Source of the DNA: Chiloscyllium plagiosum
Lineage: Eukaryota
DNA length: 64,000 nt
Assembly: GCF_004010195.1 (NCBI RefSeq)
Contig: NC_057711.1
Location: forward strand, 77,660,925 to 77,724,924
Reading direction: 5' to 3'
Position 1 is the first letter of the stretch; each line of letters opens with the position of its first letter. A program made the position numbers and the translations under genes. Below the pieces are notes generated by a model. That model had not been told where the DNA came from. It made no database searches and saw only the letters and a list, made by a program, of their open reading frames with translations. This document shows, piece by piece, positions 1-12,887 of this stretch.

Positions 1-495
1 GAAAGGTCTGTTTCTATACTGTATGACTCAACAAACTGGAGGTTCAAGTGCATAGGTCACAAAAATGCCACAAACAGGTGCAGAAATTAATCAAGGAGGC
101 TAATGGAATGCTGGCCTTTATATCTAGAGAACTGGAGTATAAGGAAGCAGAAGTTATGCTGTAGCTATACAAAAATCTGGTCAGATCCTACTTGGAGTAC
201 TACGAACAGATCTCGGCACTACACCTTATGAAGGATATATTGGCCTTGGAAGGAGTTAGATTAGGAAGCACTCATACACACAAAGGTAGAGGTTTGGAAC
301 TCTTTGATAAATGGTAGTTGACACTAGAACAGTTGTTAGTTTTAAATCTGATATGGACTTTTTTTTTGTTAACCCTCCCCAACGATATTAAGGGATATGG
401 ACCAAAGGCAGGTAGAGTTAGGCCATTGATCAGACATGATCTCATTGCACGGAAGAACGGACTCAAGGGACTGAATGACCTACTCCTGTTCCTAT
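1..495 (+). mobile_element. Degenerate CR1-type LINE 3' fragments
   Basis: Decayed ORF2 C-terminal codons (ANGMLAFISRGLEY..LYKNLVR.YLEY) and a 3' UTR ending in ...cctactcctgttcctatg, as in other CR1 copies in the window. Confidence 0.7.
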
Positions 496-1170
496 GTGTG
501 ACCCTAACACAAGCAGAGCTCCTGATGGTATCATTCGTGGAGTCACTGGAGTGCAGAATCTTCTCCACCATGTCAAGAGGGAAATCCACAGAGATGCTGT
601 TCTGCAACCAAATGAAACTGCGCATGCAGCATGACAAAGCATTCATTTTTGGAATATATTCAATTAAGGCTTTATTGCATTCCCCTATAATTCAGTATTC
701 CAGGACTATTGGTAGCATATGATGGGAAAAAAATCACGTAACTAGAATGCAAATTGTCTTAAAGTTATACAAACAATTTTTTCACCCTATCAGTTATCGG
801 AAATAATACCTACAAATCCTGCTATAAGATGCAGGCAGGATGATAGAGTATATAAAGCTCATAACGAATAGTTGGGGGCAAATGGTTAAGGATTTGAAAT
901 TCCCATGTTTATTTAAAAACTGCTGATTATAATTCTGGTGACTACTTTAAAACAAACGCCTTCCAATTTAATCATTGGGGCTCATGTGGCACAAGAGGCC
1001 TGTGTTCAAGCAACTGCTGCAAATATGTGTCATATGTGGTCAGATTGATTATCAATACTTATGAGGCTCATAGGAGAAGTTAGTGCACAAAGGAGGATGA
1101 CATCATATCAAGTTTATACTGCCATGGCATGTAATCTTTCTGAAATAGTTGCCACTGATCTAAAGGTGTG

Positions 1171-1443
1171 ATTAGATTAGATTCCCTACAGTGTGGAAAC
1201 AGGCCCTTTGGCCCAACCAGTCCACACCGACCCTCTGAAAAACAACCCACCCAGACCCGTTTCCCCTCTGACTAATGGCCAATTCACCTGCCCTGCACAT
1301 CTTTGTGATTGTGGGAGGAAACTGGAGTATCCGGAGGAAACCCACGCAGACACAGGGAGAATGTGCAAACTCTACACAGACATTCGCCCAACACTGGAAT
1401 AGAACCTGGCAGCAGTGCTAACCACTGAGCCACCGTGCTGCCC
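1171..1443 (-). mobile_element. tRNA-derived elasmobranch SINE (HE1-like), internally deleted
   Basis: Reverse complement begins gggcagcacggtggctcagtggttagcactgctg (A box); same body as copies at 9.3, 30.6 and 36.6 kb; (tctaa)n tail. Confidence 0.8.
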
Positions 1444-1549
1444 CAAAGGAGCAATCTGACAGATCCGTTTTACCGCAGAATGAAACAATTCATATTCTTG
1501 TTTTATCCTGGTGCCTTTCCTTTAAAAGTCACTTTAGAAACCACAACAC

Positions 1550-1620
1550 TGCGATGGCCAGGAATCGAACCCGGGTCAACTGCTGGAAGGCAGTTATGCT
1601 CACCACTATACCACCATCAC
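1550..1620 (-). tRNA. tRNA-Gly(TCC)-like gene or pseudogene with a 6-nt anticodon loop
   Basis: Minus strand GTGATGGTGGTATAGTGGTGAGCATAACTGCCTTCCAGCAGTTGACCCGGGTTCGATTCCTGGCCATCGCA closely matches vertebrate tRNA-Gly-TCC; acceptor, D, anticodon and T stems pair; one A is missing from the anticodon loop; no encoded CCA; TTTT about 22 nt downstream. Confidence 0.85.
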
Positions 1621-2264
1621 CTTATAGGTATAGGGCAATGAAAGAAAAAAAACTTTAATACTACACTTTATAGACATGGAAATTAGATTTAGTCTTCTAC
1701 AGTTACACATATCAAAAATAACAGGATGATTATAGACAGTCACGTAGAAATGGTGAGCTTGCAGACTTGGACAGTGATTAATTTTCTGACTGATAATGAA
1801 ATCTGCTAATGATGAGTTAAGAGATTTGTACGAAAACATTGACACCACGGTCAAAATATTGCAGCTGAAGTTTTTAAGTAATGAAAAGAATCATGCAGTG
1901 ATTGATGAAATGCTGCAGAAGATCGGAGCAGAACAAGCAAGCTGCAAGTTGACAACTGCATTGGCATGAGCTGTTCATGTAGGAAATTTACCTTGAATGT
2001 TGTGTTTTATTCATTCATGATTTGTCTAGCATTTATTGCCCATCTCAAATTGTTAACAGTTCACTCAACCATATTACTTTGGATCTGGAATCACATATAC
2101 AGTAGACAAACAGGGGGCTGGAAGAACACAGCAAGCCAGGCAGCACCAGGAGGTGAGTCAACGTTTTGGGTACAACCTTCTTTCAGGACTAGATGCAGGG
2201 GTAGGTGGCGCTACAGATTTACGGAGAAGGGTGGATTCCAGCATCTGCAGTTTTCTTGTCTCTA

Positions 2265-2800
2265 ACTGGAGTCACATATAGGCCACACCAGGGAAGGATG
2301 ACAGATTTCATGCCCTAAAGGATATTAGTAAACCAGATGGATTGTTATGACAATCAACATTAGTTACATGGTCACTATTAGCTAAGCATTACAATTGCAG
2401 ATTTCGATTAAAATAAATTTTACCATGATGATAGCTGAATCCATGTGTCCAGAACATTAGCCAGGGGCTCTGGGTTACAACTCCAGTGACATAATCACTA
2501 TGCGACTGCTTCCTCAAAGCCAGCACTTATTGCCCAACCCTGATTGCCACTGGAACTGAGTTTCTTGACAGGCTATTTCAGAGAATAGTTAAGAGTTGAC
2601 CACATTGTTTTGGTCTGGGCTAAAAGGTAGTGAGTCAGACGGGTTTTTAATTACAATTGATGATAGTTTCACAGAGAGACTAGCTTTTAATTTCAGGATT
2701 ATTTAATTAGCTTAAATTCTACCAGCCATCACAATGGCATAATTCAGAGGCCCATCACCCTGGGCTTTTGGAATATTAGTTCAATGATATTATCACTGTT
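2265..2800 (+). repeat. Two tandem degenerate copies of an interspersed repeat (also at about 19010-19290)
   Basis: Shared motifs gagttgaccacattg..ggtctgg, ctaaaggatattagtaaaccagatgg and cagaacattag recur between these loci. Confidence 0.5.
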
Positions 2801-4119
2801 ACTTATCACCAACTCCCCTCAGTGAAGTTCATGGACTGACAAAAATGGATAAAAGAACAGAAACTAAGAAAGTGCAGTGAGAATTCTCATAATGGGTCCA
2901 AGATTGCTCTTACATTGGAAAACAATCATGTACTTCAAAAGAGAGTCTCTGACTACTACTCACATTCTGCCTGGCCTTATCAGTAGTGAAGTGCACACAG
3001 ATCCTGCCCTGGCAAGCCTTCTATCCATCACTAGGAAAGCTCATTTGGCTGGATAACTGGTTTGCAATGCAGAGTAAAGTCAATAGCATAAGTTTACTTC
3101 CTACACTGGTTGAGGTTATCATGAAGGTCTTTCCTTCTCAATCTCACCCCTTATCTGAGGTATGGTGACCCTCAGGTTAAACCACCACCAGTCATCCCTC
3201 TCGCTAATGAGAGAGCAGCCTTATGATCTGGCCAGACTCTGGTATCTTTACCTTGATTAATAAACAGAAGTTTTTGGGAGAAACTCAGCAGCTCTGGTGG
3301 CATCTATGGAGAGAAAACACAGCCTTCTGAAGGGAGAAGATGTTCCTCCCTGTAAAATCACTTTAAATTTAAGCCTCTAGTTATGTGCAAATGAAGCAAG
3401 GGTGATGTGGGAGAAAAAAATTCACACTAAATTCTTAGAGTATGGAAATGTGATAGAGGCAGGTTCAATTAAGTCCTCAAGCAGACATTGGATGATTATT
3501 TGGATAGAAATGATGTGTTGGGATATGGGGAAAAAGCAGGAGATTAGCCCTAGCCAATAGAAGCAGCGGAGGCTTACTTTTGCTCTTATATGTTCAGGCC
3601 ACTCCAGTAAACAATGTAAAGATATAATTTTAATTACAATAACTAGAACTGTATTCCTCTGCTACCCAATATTATGAGATGGTACAATGCAGGGGCGTAA
3701 CAAAGCGATTAGCAAATGTGCCTTTTGCACGGTCACGTGCTCAGTCCTTTTTAACGCAAGACAATTTCACAAGGCCCGTTATGTAGGTTCCTGCCGTTTT
3801 TTCTCACAAAAAAAGTCATTCCGCTCGTTTAGATTACGACCTGTACAATTTCCCTTATGAATATTATCGTGTTATTTGAAAATTAATTTTGCTTGATTTA
3901 AAATCAGTCATATTCAAGAATTATTTATATAAATAACGCAATTTTATCACATTAGGCCTGTTAAATGAACTGCACTCATTACTTGATCATAAATAAAACA
4001 GTCAATAAGTATTTCTTATTTATTTTAACTCCCCCTCCTGATGACCAGGATTCTGGGCGAATGTTATATTTAAAAATAACTGAAATTCGTTACTATGAAG
4101 AAGAACTCTTACTGCACTA

Positions 4120-4600
4120 AATTGAGCCGTGGTTCTGCTGACACCTACGACCATCCGCAATTGCGGAAGCGAGCACGCCCGTCGTGAGCGTGCACGGCCT
4201 TTCCAAGCTCGTCAGATGGGTTCCGACAGTCGCCGTTGGTGTGCGTCGCCCTGAGAGAGAGCGAGGCAGGGCTGCTCGCGCTAGTTCCGGTTCACTGTGC
4301 GATCGTTTTCTTTTGAATCCTTTGGTTTGGTTCTTGGGGGCAGGAGGAGGCGGTGGCGGCTGGGCCGAGGATGGTGATTGGAAGACGATGGTGTTCGAGT
4401 CTTTAGTGGTCGAGGTTTTGAACCGTTTCTTGGGGGATTATGTGGTGAACTTGGACACCTCGCAGTTACAGTTAGGAATTTGGGGAGGTAAAGTTTATAA
4501 TTTGCATGTTTGCCTTATTTGCTGTCTCTCTATATAATGTCAGGGTATTTGACAAATACCTGCGTGAGTCTCCGTCGCTGGGTGTGGAACCTAGCTCCCT
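4120..4600 (+). promoter_or_regulatory. CpG-rich promoter / 5' UTR of the VPS13 gene
   Basis: Local CpG density is far above the rest of the window; ETS-type motifs GCGGAAG (about 4163) and TTCCGG (about 4285); overlaps coding exon 1. Confidence 0.7.
4388..4487 (+). CDS. VPS13A: VPS13A (chorein) coding exon 1: [33 protein letters not shown](G)
   Basis: Chorein_N start recognised from vertebrate VPS13A/C; Kozak ACGATGG; 100 coding nt then donor G|GTAAAG. Confidence 0.9.
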
Positions 4601-5187
4601 GGAGAGAGAGTGACCCACCCACCAGGATTCTGCAGTAAAATGCACCATGGCAATTTTCTTATTTGTTTCTGAAGAAACTATTAACTTTATATAGTTTGCA
4701 ACAAATAAATATAATTGCTTTGCGCATTTCAGTTTTAAGGTTGCAAAGCAGCAAGTAGGTTTTTGTGCATATGTTTCTTCATTATTGCATGATTTTACAT
4801 TCAGATCATTTCAAATTGTAGTGACTGCGTTTATTAGACACTTGCTGCTTATTGAGTTTATATTTAATTTGATACAGAACTACGGCTTTAACATAGCGAA
4901 TGTTTTAAACTCGTCGCTATGGATTATATAGCTTGCTTTCTTTTCATTTCTCATTTCTGTGCTTCTCGAATACATGCGACTTAATATATTAACTCAAGTG
5001 TAATTACACACGTCTTTCTGTAAGAGCTTTGTAGCTGCGTTGACAATAGAACAGTACACATAAACCTTATTCATTAAGCAGTAGTGAATTTGAAGAATGG
5101 CATATAACTTGGGAGTTGTAAACTCCTAAAGCCAAGTTTAGACAGCCTGACATAAAATCTTCTTTCTTCAGTTTTTTCTCTTTTATA

Positions 5188-6125
5188 GTCAGAGATGTAC
5201 AGCATGAAAGCAGACCCTTCGGTCCAACCCGTCCATGCCGACCAGATATCCCAACCCAATCTAGTTCCATCTGCCAGCACCCGGCCCAAATCCCTCCAAA
5301 CCCTTCCTATTCAATGTTGCCTTTTAAATGTTGCAATTGTGCCAGCCTCCATCACTTCCTCTGGCAGCTCATTCCATACATGTACCACCCTCTGTGTGAA
5401 AACATTGCCCCTTGGGTCCCTTTTCTATATTTCCCCTCTCACCCTAAACCTATGCCCTCTAGTTCTGGACTCCCCAACGCCTGGAAAAAGACTTTGCCTA
5501 TTTACCATATCCATGCCCCTCATGATTTTGTAAACCTCTATAAGGTCATCCCTCAGTCTCCACTCCAGGGAAAACAGCTCCAGCCTGTTTAGCCTTTCCC
5601 TATAGTCAAATCTTCCAACCCTGGCAACATCCTTGTAAATCTCTTCTGAATCCTTTCAAGTTTCACAACATCTTTCCGATAGGAAGGCGACCAGAATTTC
5701 ACGCGATATTCCCAACAATAACCCAACCAATGTCCTGTACAGCCGCAACATGACCTCCCAACTCATGTACTCAATACTCTGACCAATAAAAGAAAGCATA
5801 CCAAACACTGCCTTCACTATCCTATCTACCTGCGACTCCACTTTCAAGGAGCTATGAACCTGCACTCCAAGGTCTCTTTGCTCAGCAACACTTCCTAGGA
5901 CCTTACCATTAAGTGTATAAGACCTGCTAAGATTTGCTTTCCCAAAATGCAGCACCTCGCATTTATCTGAATTAAACTCCATCTGCCACTTCTCAGCCCA
6001 TTGGCCCATCTGGTCCAGATCCTGGTGTAATCTGAGGTAACCCTCTTCGCTGTCCACTACACCTCCAATTTTGGTGTCATCTGCGAACTTACTACTCTTA
6101 TGCTCACATCCAAATCATTTATGTT
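5188..6125 (-). mobile_element. CR1 LINE, 5'-truncated (ORF2 C-terminus and 3' UTR)
   Basis: ORF 5656..6057 LHQDLDQMGQWAEKWQMEFNSDKCEVLHFG...DLGV; KFADDTK on the minus strand near 6070-6090. Confidence 0.9.
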
Positions 6126-6719
6126 ATGCTTCCTTGTTTTCAGTTTTTCTTAAAGAAAATCTGGTGTAACTGCTGTCATTCTGGCTATATCAGATAGTGG
6201 AAAATGAAGATTATAGTTTTTGCACTTCTGATTTGGTTGTTTACTTAAGGGTTTTTAACGAAAGAAATCTATTGATGATTGTTGATGTCTTATGTCCAAT
6301 AAGAGACAAGGACTGACTTTAATTAGCCTGTTGTCCTGTGGACCAGTATAAAGGAAGAATATTGCTGTTAACTATGTGTACTTACATTTTAGCATACTTG
6401 CTGTAAAGCAAGGACATTAGAGCAATTTATTTGCTATGAAACATTATGCAATATATTTGGCAACTTCTGCAAACTTAGAGTCATAAAGATTGCTCTGAGC
6501 ACAATGTTATGTTTTGGTCTATGCATAAAAACCTAGACTATATATTGAAAGCAGTTCAGAGAAGGTTTGCTCAGCTGATTCTGACAATGAAGGAATTTTT
6601 TATGTAGAAATGTTGTGCAACTTGGCCCGATACTCATTGCTGTTCAGAACAATTCTATATTCTATTGAAACAGACGCTTGAGGGGGTTGTTAAATCAAAT
6701 CAGAGAATTCTTATTCAAT

Positions 6720-6908
6720 ATATAATTTCAGTTACATCACACTGTGTAAACTTTTGTTATAAATTGTGTCCTATGATCTTATTCTCCACAGCCACCTGAT
6801 GAAGGAGCGGCGTTTTGAAAGCTAGTGCTTCCAAATAAACCTGTTGGACACCTGGTGTTGTGATTTTTAACTTGGTACACCCCAGTCCAACACCAGCACC
6901 TCCAAATC
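6720..6908 (+). mobile_element. Penelope-like element 3' terminal repeat with a minimal hammerhead motif
   Basis: cacCTGATGAaggagcggcgttttGAAAgctaGTG at 6793-6827; a related reverse copy lies at about 10370-10720. Confidence 0.65.
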
Positions 6909-7979
6909 AGGATCATTCCTGATTGTATTAAATGGCTGAGCAGGGCCAATGAGTCAAATGGTCTTGCTGCTCCTATTTCTCATGATCTTATTGTAGGGCT
7001 TCCCAAATAGGGATTGGACCCCAAGTAGCATCGCAAGCGCAAAGGAAACAATGGCCACTGTGGAGCCCTGCCCTCTGTCCTTCGACACAGGCTCTCACAT
7101 CTTCTGTATTCTCTGTTTTCACTGAGGGGGTCATTACAATTAAGCTTTAAAATGGGGTCAAAGTTGGGAAAACACTAGGGAAGAGCTTAAAAATGTGTTG
7201 CTGGAAAAGCGCAGCAGGTCAGGCAGCATCAAAGGAACAGGAGAATCGACAGGAGAACCTGAAGCCCTTCAGGTGGCTAGGGAAAACACTAGGGAAGTTT
7301 TGTCTTCTAGAATGAAGTTGATAAAGCTCAAAGCATGAAGGTGAAGAGCTGATGTGTGAAAATAACAAGCTGAAAGCAGAAAGAGACACAAGTTTCTCCT
7401 AAATTATGTGCAGTATACCCATTTTTGAAATGTTAACATTACACGATCCTGTAATAATCTGACTCGTTAGTTATTCTGTATGGATAGAACTGTACTATCT
7501 CTTTAGGATATACAGTCATAGTCTGAAACCTGACACAGCCCCGAAGAATATAGGCATTAACTTGGATTGAGACAATGCTGATTGTAATAATTTCAATAAC
7601 TTTAAGTTTCAGAATGGATAAGAATAATAGCATCACTGAAGCACATGGTAGGTCAAGTTTCTTATGAAGGAATAAGCCCAAAATTTTCTGCTTTTGCTTT
7701 GTTCTTTTTTACATCCATTTGAAATACTGTTTTGAAACATCTCAATAATGTTATGTTAGGAATTATTAATTTGCTATCATTATTCAGCATACAGTCCTAC
7801 ATTCGATAGGTCCTACATTTTAATGGTCCGATTAACCTATTTAAAATAAATTGTTAATGCCCCCATTAAATACTGGGCAGAGGAATGTTATATGGGCATT
7901 AATTTCATATCAACATATTGGTCTTTGACTATTGTAGTGAAAAAATTACCGCTTGAGTTGGTCAAGCAAAGATTTTATT

Positions 7980-9820
7980 AAAGCATTTGAACTTTTAAAG
8001 GAAATGTCCACAGACATAGTGAGTGCACTGGTAGTAATCTTACATGAATTCTTGGATTCTGGACAAGTTCCAGAAGATGTGAAAATTGCTAACAAACATC
8101 CCAAACAAAAAAGGTGTAACTATAAATCGGTTAGCTTAACGTCTGTTATTAGGAAAATATTTGAGTATTATAAAGGATGTAATCTTGAAATGCATAATAT
8201 GATCAAGCAGAGTCAGCATGGTTTCATAAAGGGACAATCATGCCTGATAAATTTTTTTACAAGTCTTTGAGGTGGTAACAAGCAGTTTAGAAAAAAGGAA
8301 CCAGTACATGTATTGTGATATATTTCAATTTTCTAAAAGGCATTTACAGAAGTACTGCACGTGAGGCTCTTTAATATTTTAAGAGTACATGGTGTTGTTG
8401 GTAATATATTTGCCTGGATAGAGGATTGTCTAACTAATAGAAGAAAGTTTTAGGATAAAAGGGGCATTTTCAGGATAGCAACTGAGTGCCACAGGTATCA
8501 GTGCTGGGACCACAATTAATTATTGTATAATATTAATGACATGAATGAGAAAAGTAAATGTATTGCCAAGTTTGAGGATGACCCATAAATAGATGGGAAG
8601 GGGGGTAGGTGTTAGAATGGAAATAAGGAATTTACAAAGGATTATAGACCAGTTAAATGAGTGGGTAAAGACTTGGCAGAATATAATGTGGGGTAGTTTC
8701 TGTTTGGCAGGAAAAATGGGACAGCTGAATATTATTTAAGTAGGAAAGGATTGCAGGAAGCGGCAGGCCCAGAGGGATTTGCATGTCCAAAGTGCATGAA
8801 TCACAAAAAGCTAGCATCCAAGTTCAGGCAGTAAGAAAGGCCACTGAAGTGTTCGCCCTCCTTTCTTCTCAAAGGGATAGACTAGAATAGAAAAATGGGG
8901 AGGGCTTACTAAAGCTGTGCAAGACACCAGTCAGACCATATCTGGACCACTGTGAACAGGGTTGGTTCCTTTTTAGCTAAGGAAATATGTATTGACATTA
9001 GAAGCAGTCCAGAGAACTTTCTCCAGGCTGGTCAAAGGAAGAGGGTCTGTTTTGTAAGGAGAGGTTGAGTAGATTGGGCTTATACACATGGGAGTTTAGA
9101 AGAATGAGAGGTGACCATACTTGAAATATAAAGAATTCTTAGGGAGCTTGACAAGGTAGATATGGAAAGATTCTTTCTCCCTTGGGGCCAGAGGTACAAA
9201 TATCAGTCGATTGATTGCCTAGTTATGAGGAATTTTGTTTTCTCAAGGTTAGGGCGACATAGTGGCTCAGTGGTTAGCCTGCGCACAGCACCAGGGACCT
9301 GGGTTTGATTCCAGCCTTGAGCGACTGTGTCTGTGTGGAGTTTGCACGTTCTCCCCATGTCTGCGTGGGTTTCCTCTCGGTGTTTCGGTTTCCTCCCACA
9401 GTCTAAAGATGTGCAGTTTAGCTGAATTGGCCATTCTGAATTACTATGTTCAGCGATGTGTAGGTTAGGTACATTAGTCAGAGATAAATGTAGAGTAATA
9501 AGGTAGGGGAATGGGTCTGGGTGCGTTACTCTTTGAAGGGTTGGTGTGGACTTTTTGGGCCAAATGGCCTGTTTCTGCACTGTAAGGATTCTGCACTGTA
9601 TGAAGTAGTGAGCCTATGGAATTCTTTGCTGTAGAGAACTACAGAAGCTGAGTCATGAAGTATATTCAAGGTTGAGATGGACAGATTTCTAACCATGAAG
9701 GCAGTCCAGTTTGTGATAAGGCAGGAAAGTGGAGTTGAGGATTATTAGCTCAGTCATGATCTCACTGATGGTGGAATGGTCTCAATGGGCCAAAAGGACT
9801 TCTGTTCCTACATCTTATGA
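7980..9820 (+). mobile_element. Old CR1 LINE ORF2 remnant interrupted by a SINE
   Basis: SGQVPED.KIAN, NYKSVSLTSV, SQHGFIKGQSCLIN and downstream decayed RT motifs. Confidence 0.8.
9252..9592 (+). mobile_element. HE1-like SINE
   Basis: A box gtggctcagtggttagc, B box ggtttgattcc, conserved body ctgtgtggagtttgcacgttctcccc. Confidence 0.85.
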
Positions 9821-12306
9821 ACTTGCAAGCAAGAGCTCATCTTTACACAAAGAAGTTGTCAAATATAAAGTTTTCAATTATCCTTTTATAATTCTCAACT
9901 TCATGCAGTTTCTTGTTCTCTCAGCTTTGTGTCTGCTAGTTTTCATGGTAGCTCAATCATCTTGTCTGGCCTTTAGTTCACTTGTATCCTTGCACTGTGT
10001 CACAGTGAATCTTATGCTCACACAAGCTATTACTGTCACAACATGGAAGAAATTGAGCACAACTGCAGCAGTTAAAGACATTTGTGCAATTTAGTTTCAT
10101 GTAACCCTACTTATATTAAACCCCTCATCCTCCCTTCAATCCTTCCTGTTGGGCCCCTGGTCAGGTGCAACTTGCCAATAGCTGCAGGAATGCTACTGGT
10201 GTCAGTGGGCTTTACATCTTCTAAGGCTTTATTTAAGTCCTGATGATCTACAAAGGGCCTGGAGCCACCATCAAATTGCATATGAAAATCGGAAACATTT
10301 ATGAAAATTTTTGCTATTTGCTAGAAGATTGTGGTGGTTATGGTGTTTATCGTTCATTAATCAAAGTTTAAAAACCTCACAACACCAGGTTATAGTCCAA
10401 CAGGTTCATTCAGAGGCATTAGCTTTTGAAGCACTGCTGCATCTTCAGGTGGTTGTAGAGCAGAATCATAGGATACAGGATTTATAGCAACTGGATTGCA
10501 CTGTCATGGAATGTAATAAACAAATTTAGATCAAGTCTTTCATCTTTTAGAATGATCATGTTCGTTTTGATTCTTTCAATTGTAAATCTCAGAACGTCTT
10601 AAAGTTAAAGATAACTTCTCAAGGTATCTTTAACAATAGGTGTCATCTCACCTCAGATAATGCATTGAAGTTAGTCTGTCTGTGTCCCAGTGTACAGAAT
10701 CTTACATAGATTTATTAACTGTAATTGCCGCTAACAGCTATCTGACTTGTGTTGCATTCTTGCCATCTGGCTCAGTTACCAGCTGAGCCCTCCAATACTG
10801 TAAGGCACAGTCTTGATGAGGATCACCTGCATATTTCCCATTGTGGTTGCTTGATGGTGTTTTATAAATCCCTTTTATTCATATTTAGAATCCTTTCCAG
10901 TGCTGACTGGGCTGTTTTTTTCCTGGGATAGCTTTAATATTTGATAAGTAATTCTGCCACTGGCTGAATACGTAACTGGTGAGGGCTCTGCCTGCAAGTT
11001 TGTTACAGTAAGGGTGCTGATGATCAGAGTGAAAAGTGTGATTGTTGTCACCCCAGTCCATCATAGGAACATTGTTTATCAGTGACAAAACAACACCGCA
11101 TAGAAGAATTTCTTTTGTGCCTTAGGCCTTTTTGAAGAGGACGGAGTGATTCTGTCATGGTAGAATAGCTGCTAATGGTTTTTGGTTATTACATGAACAG
11201 GTTATGTAATACCATGATCAAGTACAACACTTCCATGATACAAAAAGATATTGTTAAACCTCGAGCTATATATCTGCAGGATCCTATGTGATGCACAAAT
11301 TGATCCTTCTCCAAGCCCATGGATTCAAATTTACATTCTCTTGATAGGTTACATTGGCATGTTCTTTCAGTATTATCTGCAGAGGCTCTCCTGCTCTCCC
11401 GCCCTGCTGTTAGACTGTGAGTTAGTTGTATTAACGATGGTCTGGGATAGTAGTTCTGATCCGACTGTTATGTCCTCACTCTGGACCTTTTATGGCTGAA
11501 AGTGCACATTCTGTGAATCAGGTTTGTGCTGGAGATTCATACTAACTCAAGGACTCGACTGGTATTTCTGAACAAATCCTACCACTATTTCTTAAGCTTC
11601 ACTTTGCCCTTCCATTCAGGGTTTGCCTGGTCTTCAAGGGGCTATGTGATGCTACCAACTAAAACTTTCTAAGCTCTCCTTACAGACATGCATGCATAGA
11701 AACAAATAGGGTAAATAGAGGTCCAAAATCTGGAAAATTAGCTAACTGAACTTTGCTTCCCAGATCGCATGTTGAGGTGATCCTTTTGTGAGCCTGGTCT
11801 TTGCTGTTCAGTAGTCTTTCTCTGAATGCTTCTACTGATTTGTAACAGGCACAGAGTATATGGTTCACTTGGAATATTTCAATTCAAGAGTAACAGTTCA
11901 CAGCAATGCCTGTAGGAAAGATAACTGGTTTGTCAGATATCCCACAGGAGCTTGGCTGGATAGATAATTTTTTTTTATTTTTGCTGAGATTGTAATTGAC
12001 TAAAGCATGCACTGTACAAGTCCTTTGTTTTAAGAATAAAACAAAACAACTGTTTATCAACAACAGAAATGAAGATGGGCTGGGGGAAGAAAATCCTATC
12101 CTTTATTAAAAGAACTGATTCAAAGATTTTTAAATACGAGAAATAACTAAGTACAGTACAGCTTAAAAGCATTGCTGAGATTCTAAGAAATTGCAGTTAC
12201 CAGAACACAGCAAGACCCAGCCCTGCTCATTTCCAAGGGGTCTTTTTTTTTTGTTTGTTTCAATTACTTCAAGTGCGAAGTATTAAAATTTCAACTGATC
12301 AGTTAA

Positions 12307-12514
12307 AAGAAGTGGATTTAAGCTTAGTTTAAAAACCTGCCTCAGGTATAGTATAGTTGAAGGAAGGAAACTATCAGGAGCATAAAAATAATTATGAAAA
12401 TTTATTAATATTTGAACAGATCAATTGAAATTTTAATGCTCCTGATAGTTTCCTTCCTTTAGCTAGACTTTACCTGAAGCAGGTTTTTAAACTTTAAGCT
12501 TAAATCCACTTCTT
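12307..12514. repeat. Long inverted repeat (about 83-bp arms, 40-nt AT-rich spacer)
   Basis: 12307-12389 is near-perfectly reverse-complementary to 12430-12514. Confidence 0.9.
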
Positions 12515-12887
12515 CACTGGTTGTATCCCCAACACTTCAGTCACTTTTATTTTGTGTATGTTATGGCCCAGGTAGATTGAAAACAGCTACTAGTGGGGAG
12601 AATCTAGTTTATAAAAATCTTCCAAAAGGCCATATAAACAACAACCATCAACTTACCTCAGTCCACGTTTGTCAACTCTTCCAAAAAAAAAATGAGGATT
12701 GTCAGGCATGATCTCTCCTTTGTGGATCAATGCTGACTCTCCCTGATTAATTGAAATTTTTTGAGGTGATCCTTGATTATAGACGAGCAAGAGGGGAATA
12801 ATGTTTTTGACCTTGACCTCTACTCAGTCTACATGTGTTATGTATGCTGACCGTTGGTAGAAGTGACCATGCTTGCTCCATATATGG

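Noticed and set aside
4184..4537. 117-aa ORF spanning exon 1 as an N-terminally extended protein
   Set aside because: It begins at a GTG in the UTR and runs through the splice donor; homology starts at ATG 4388 and ends at 4487
9252..9330. SINE heads as tRNA genes
   Set aside because: A/B boxes continue into a shared SINE body and tail; no full cloverleaf
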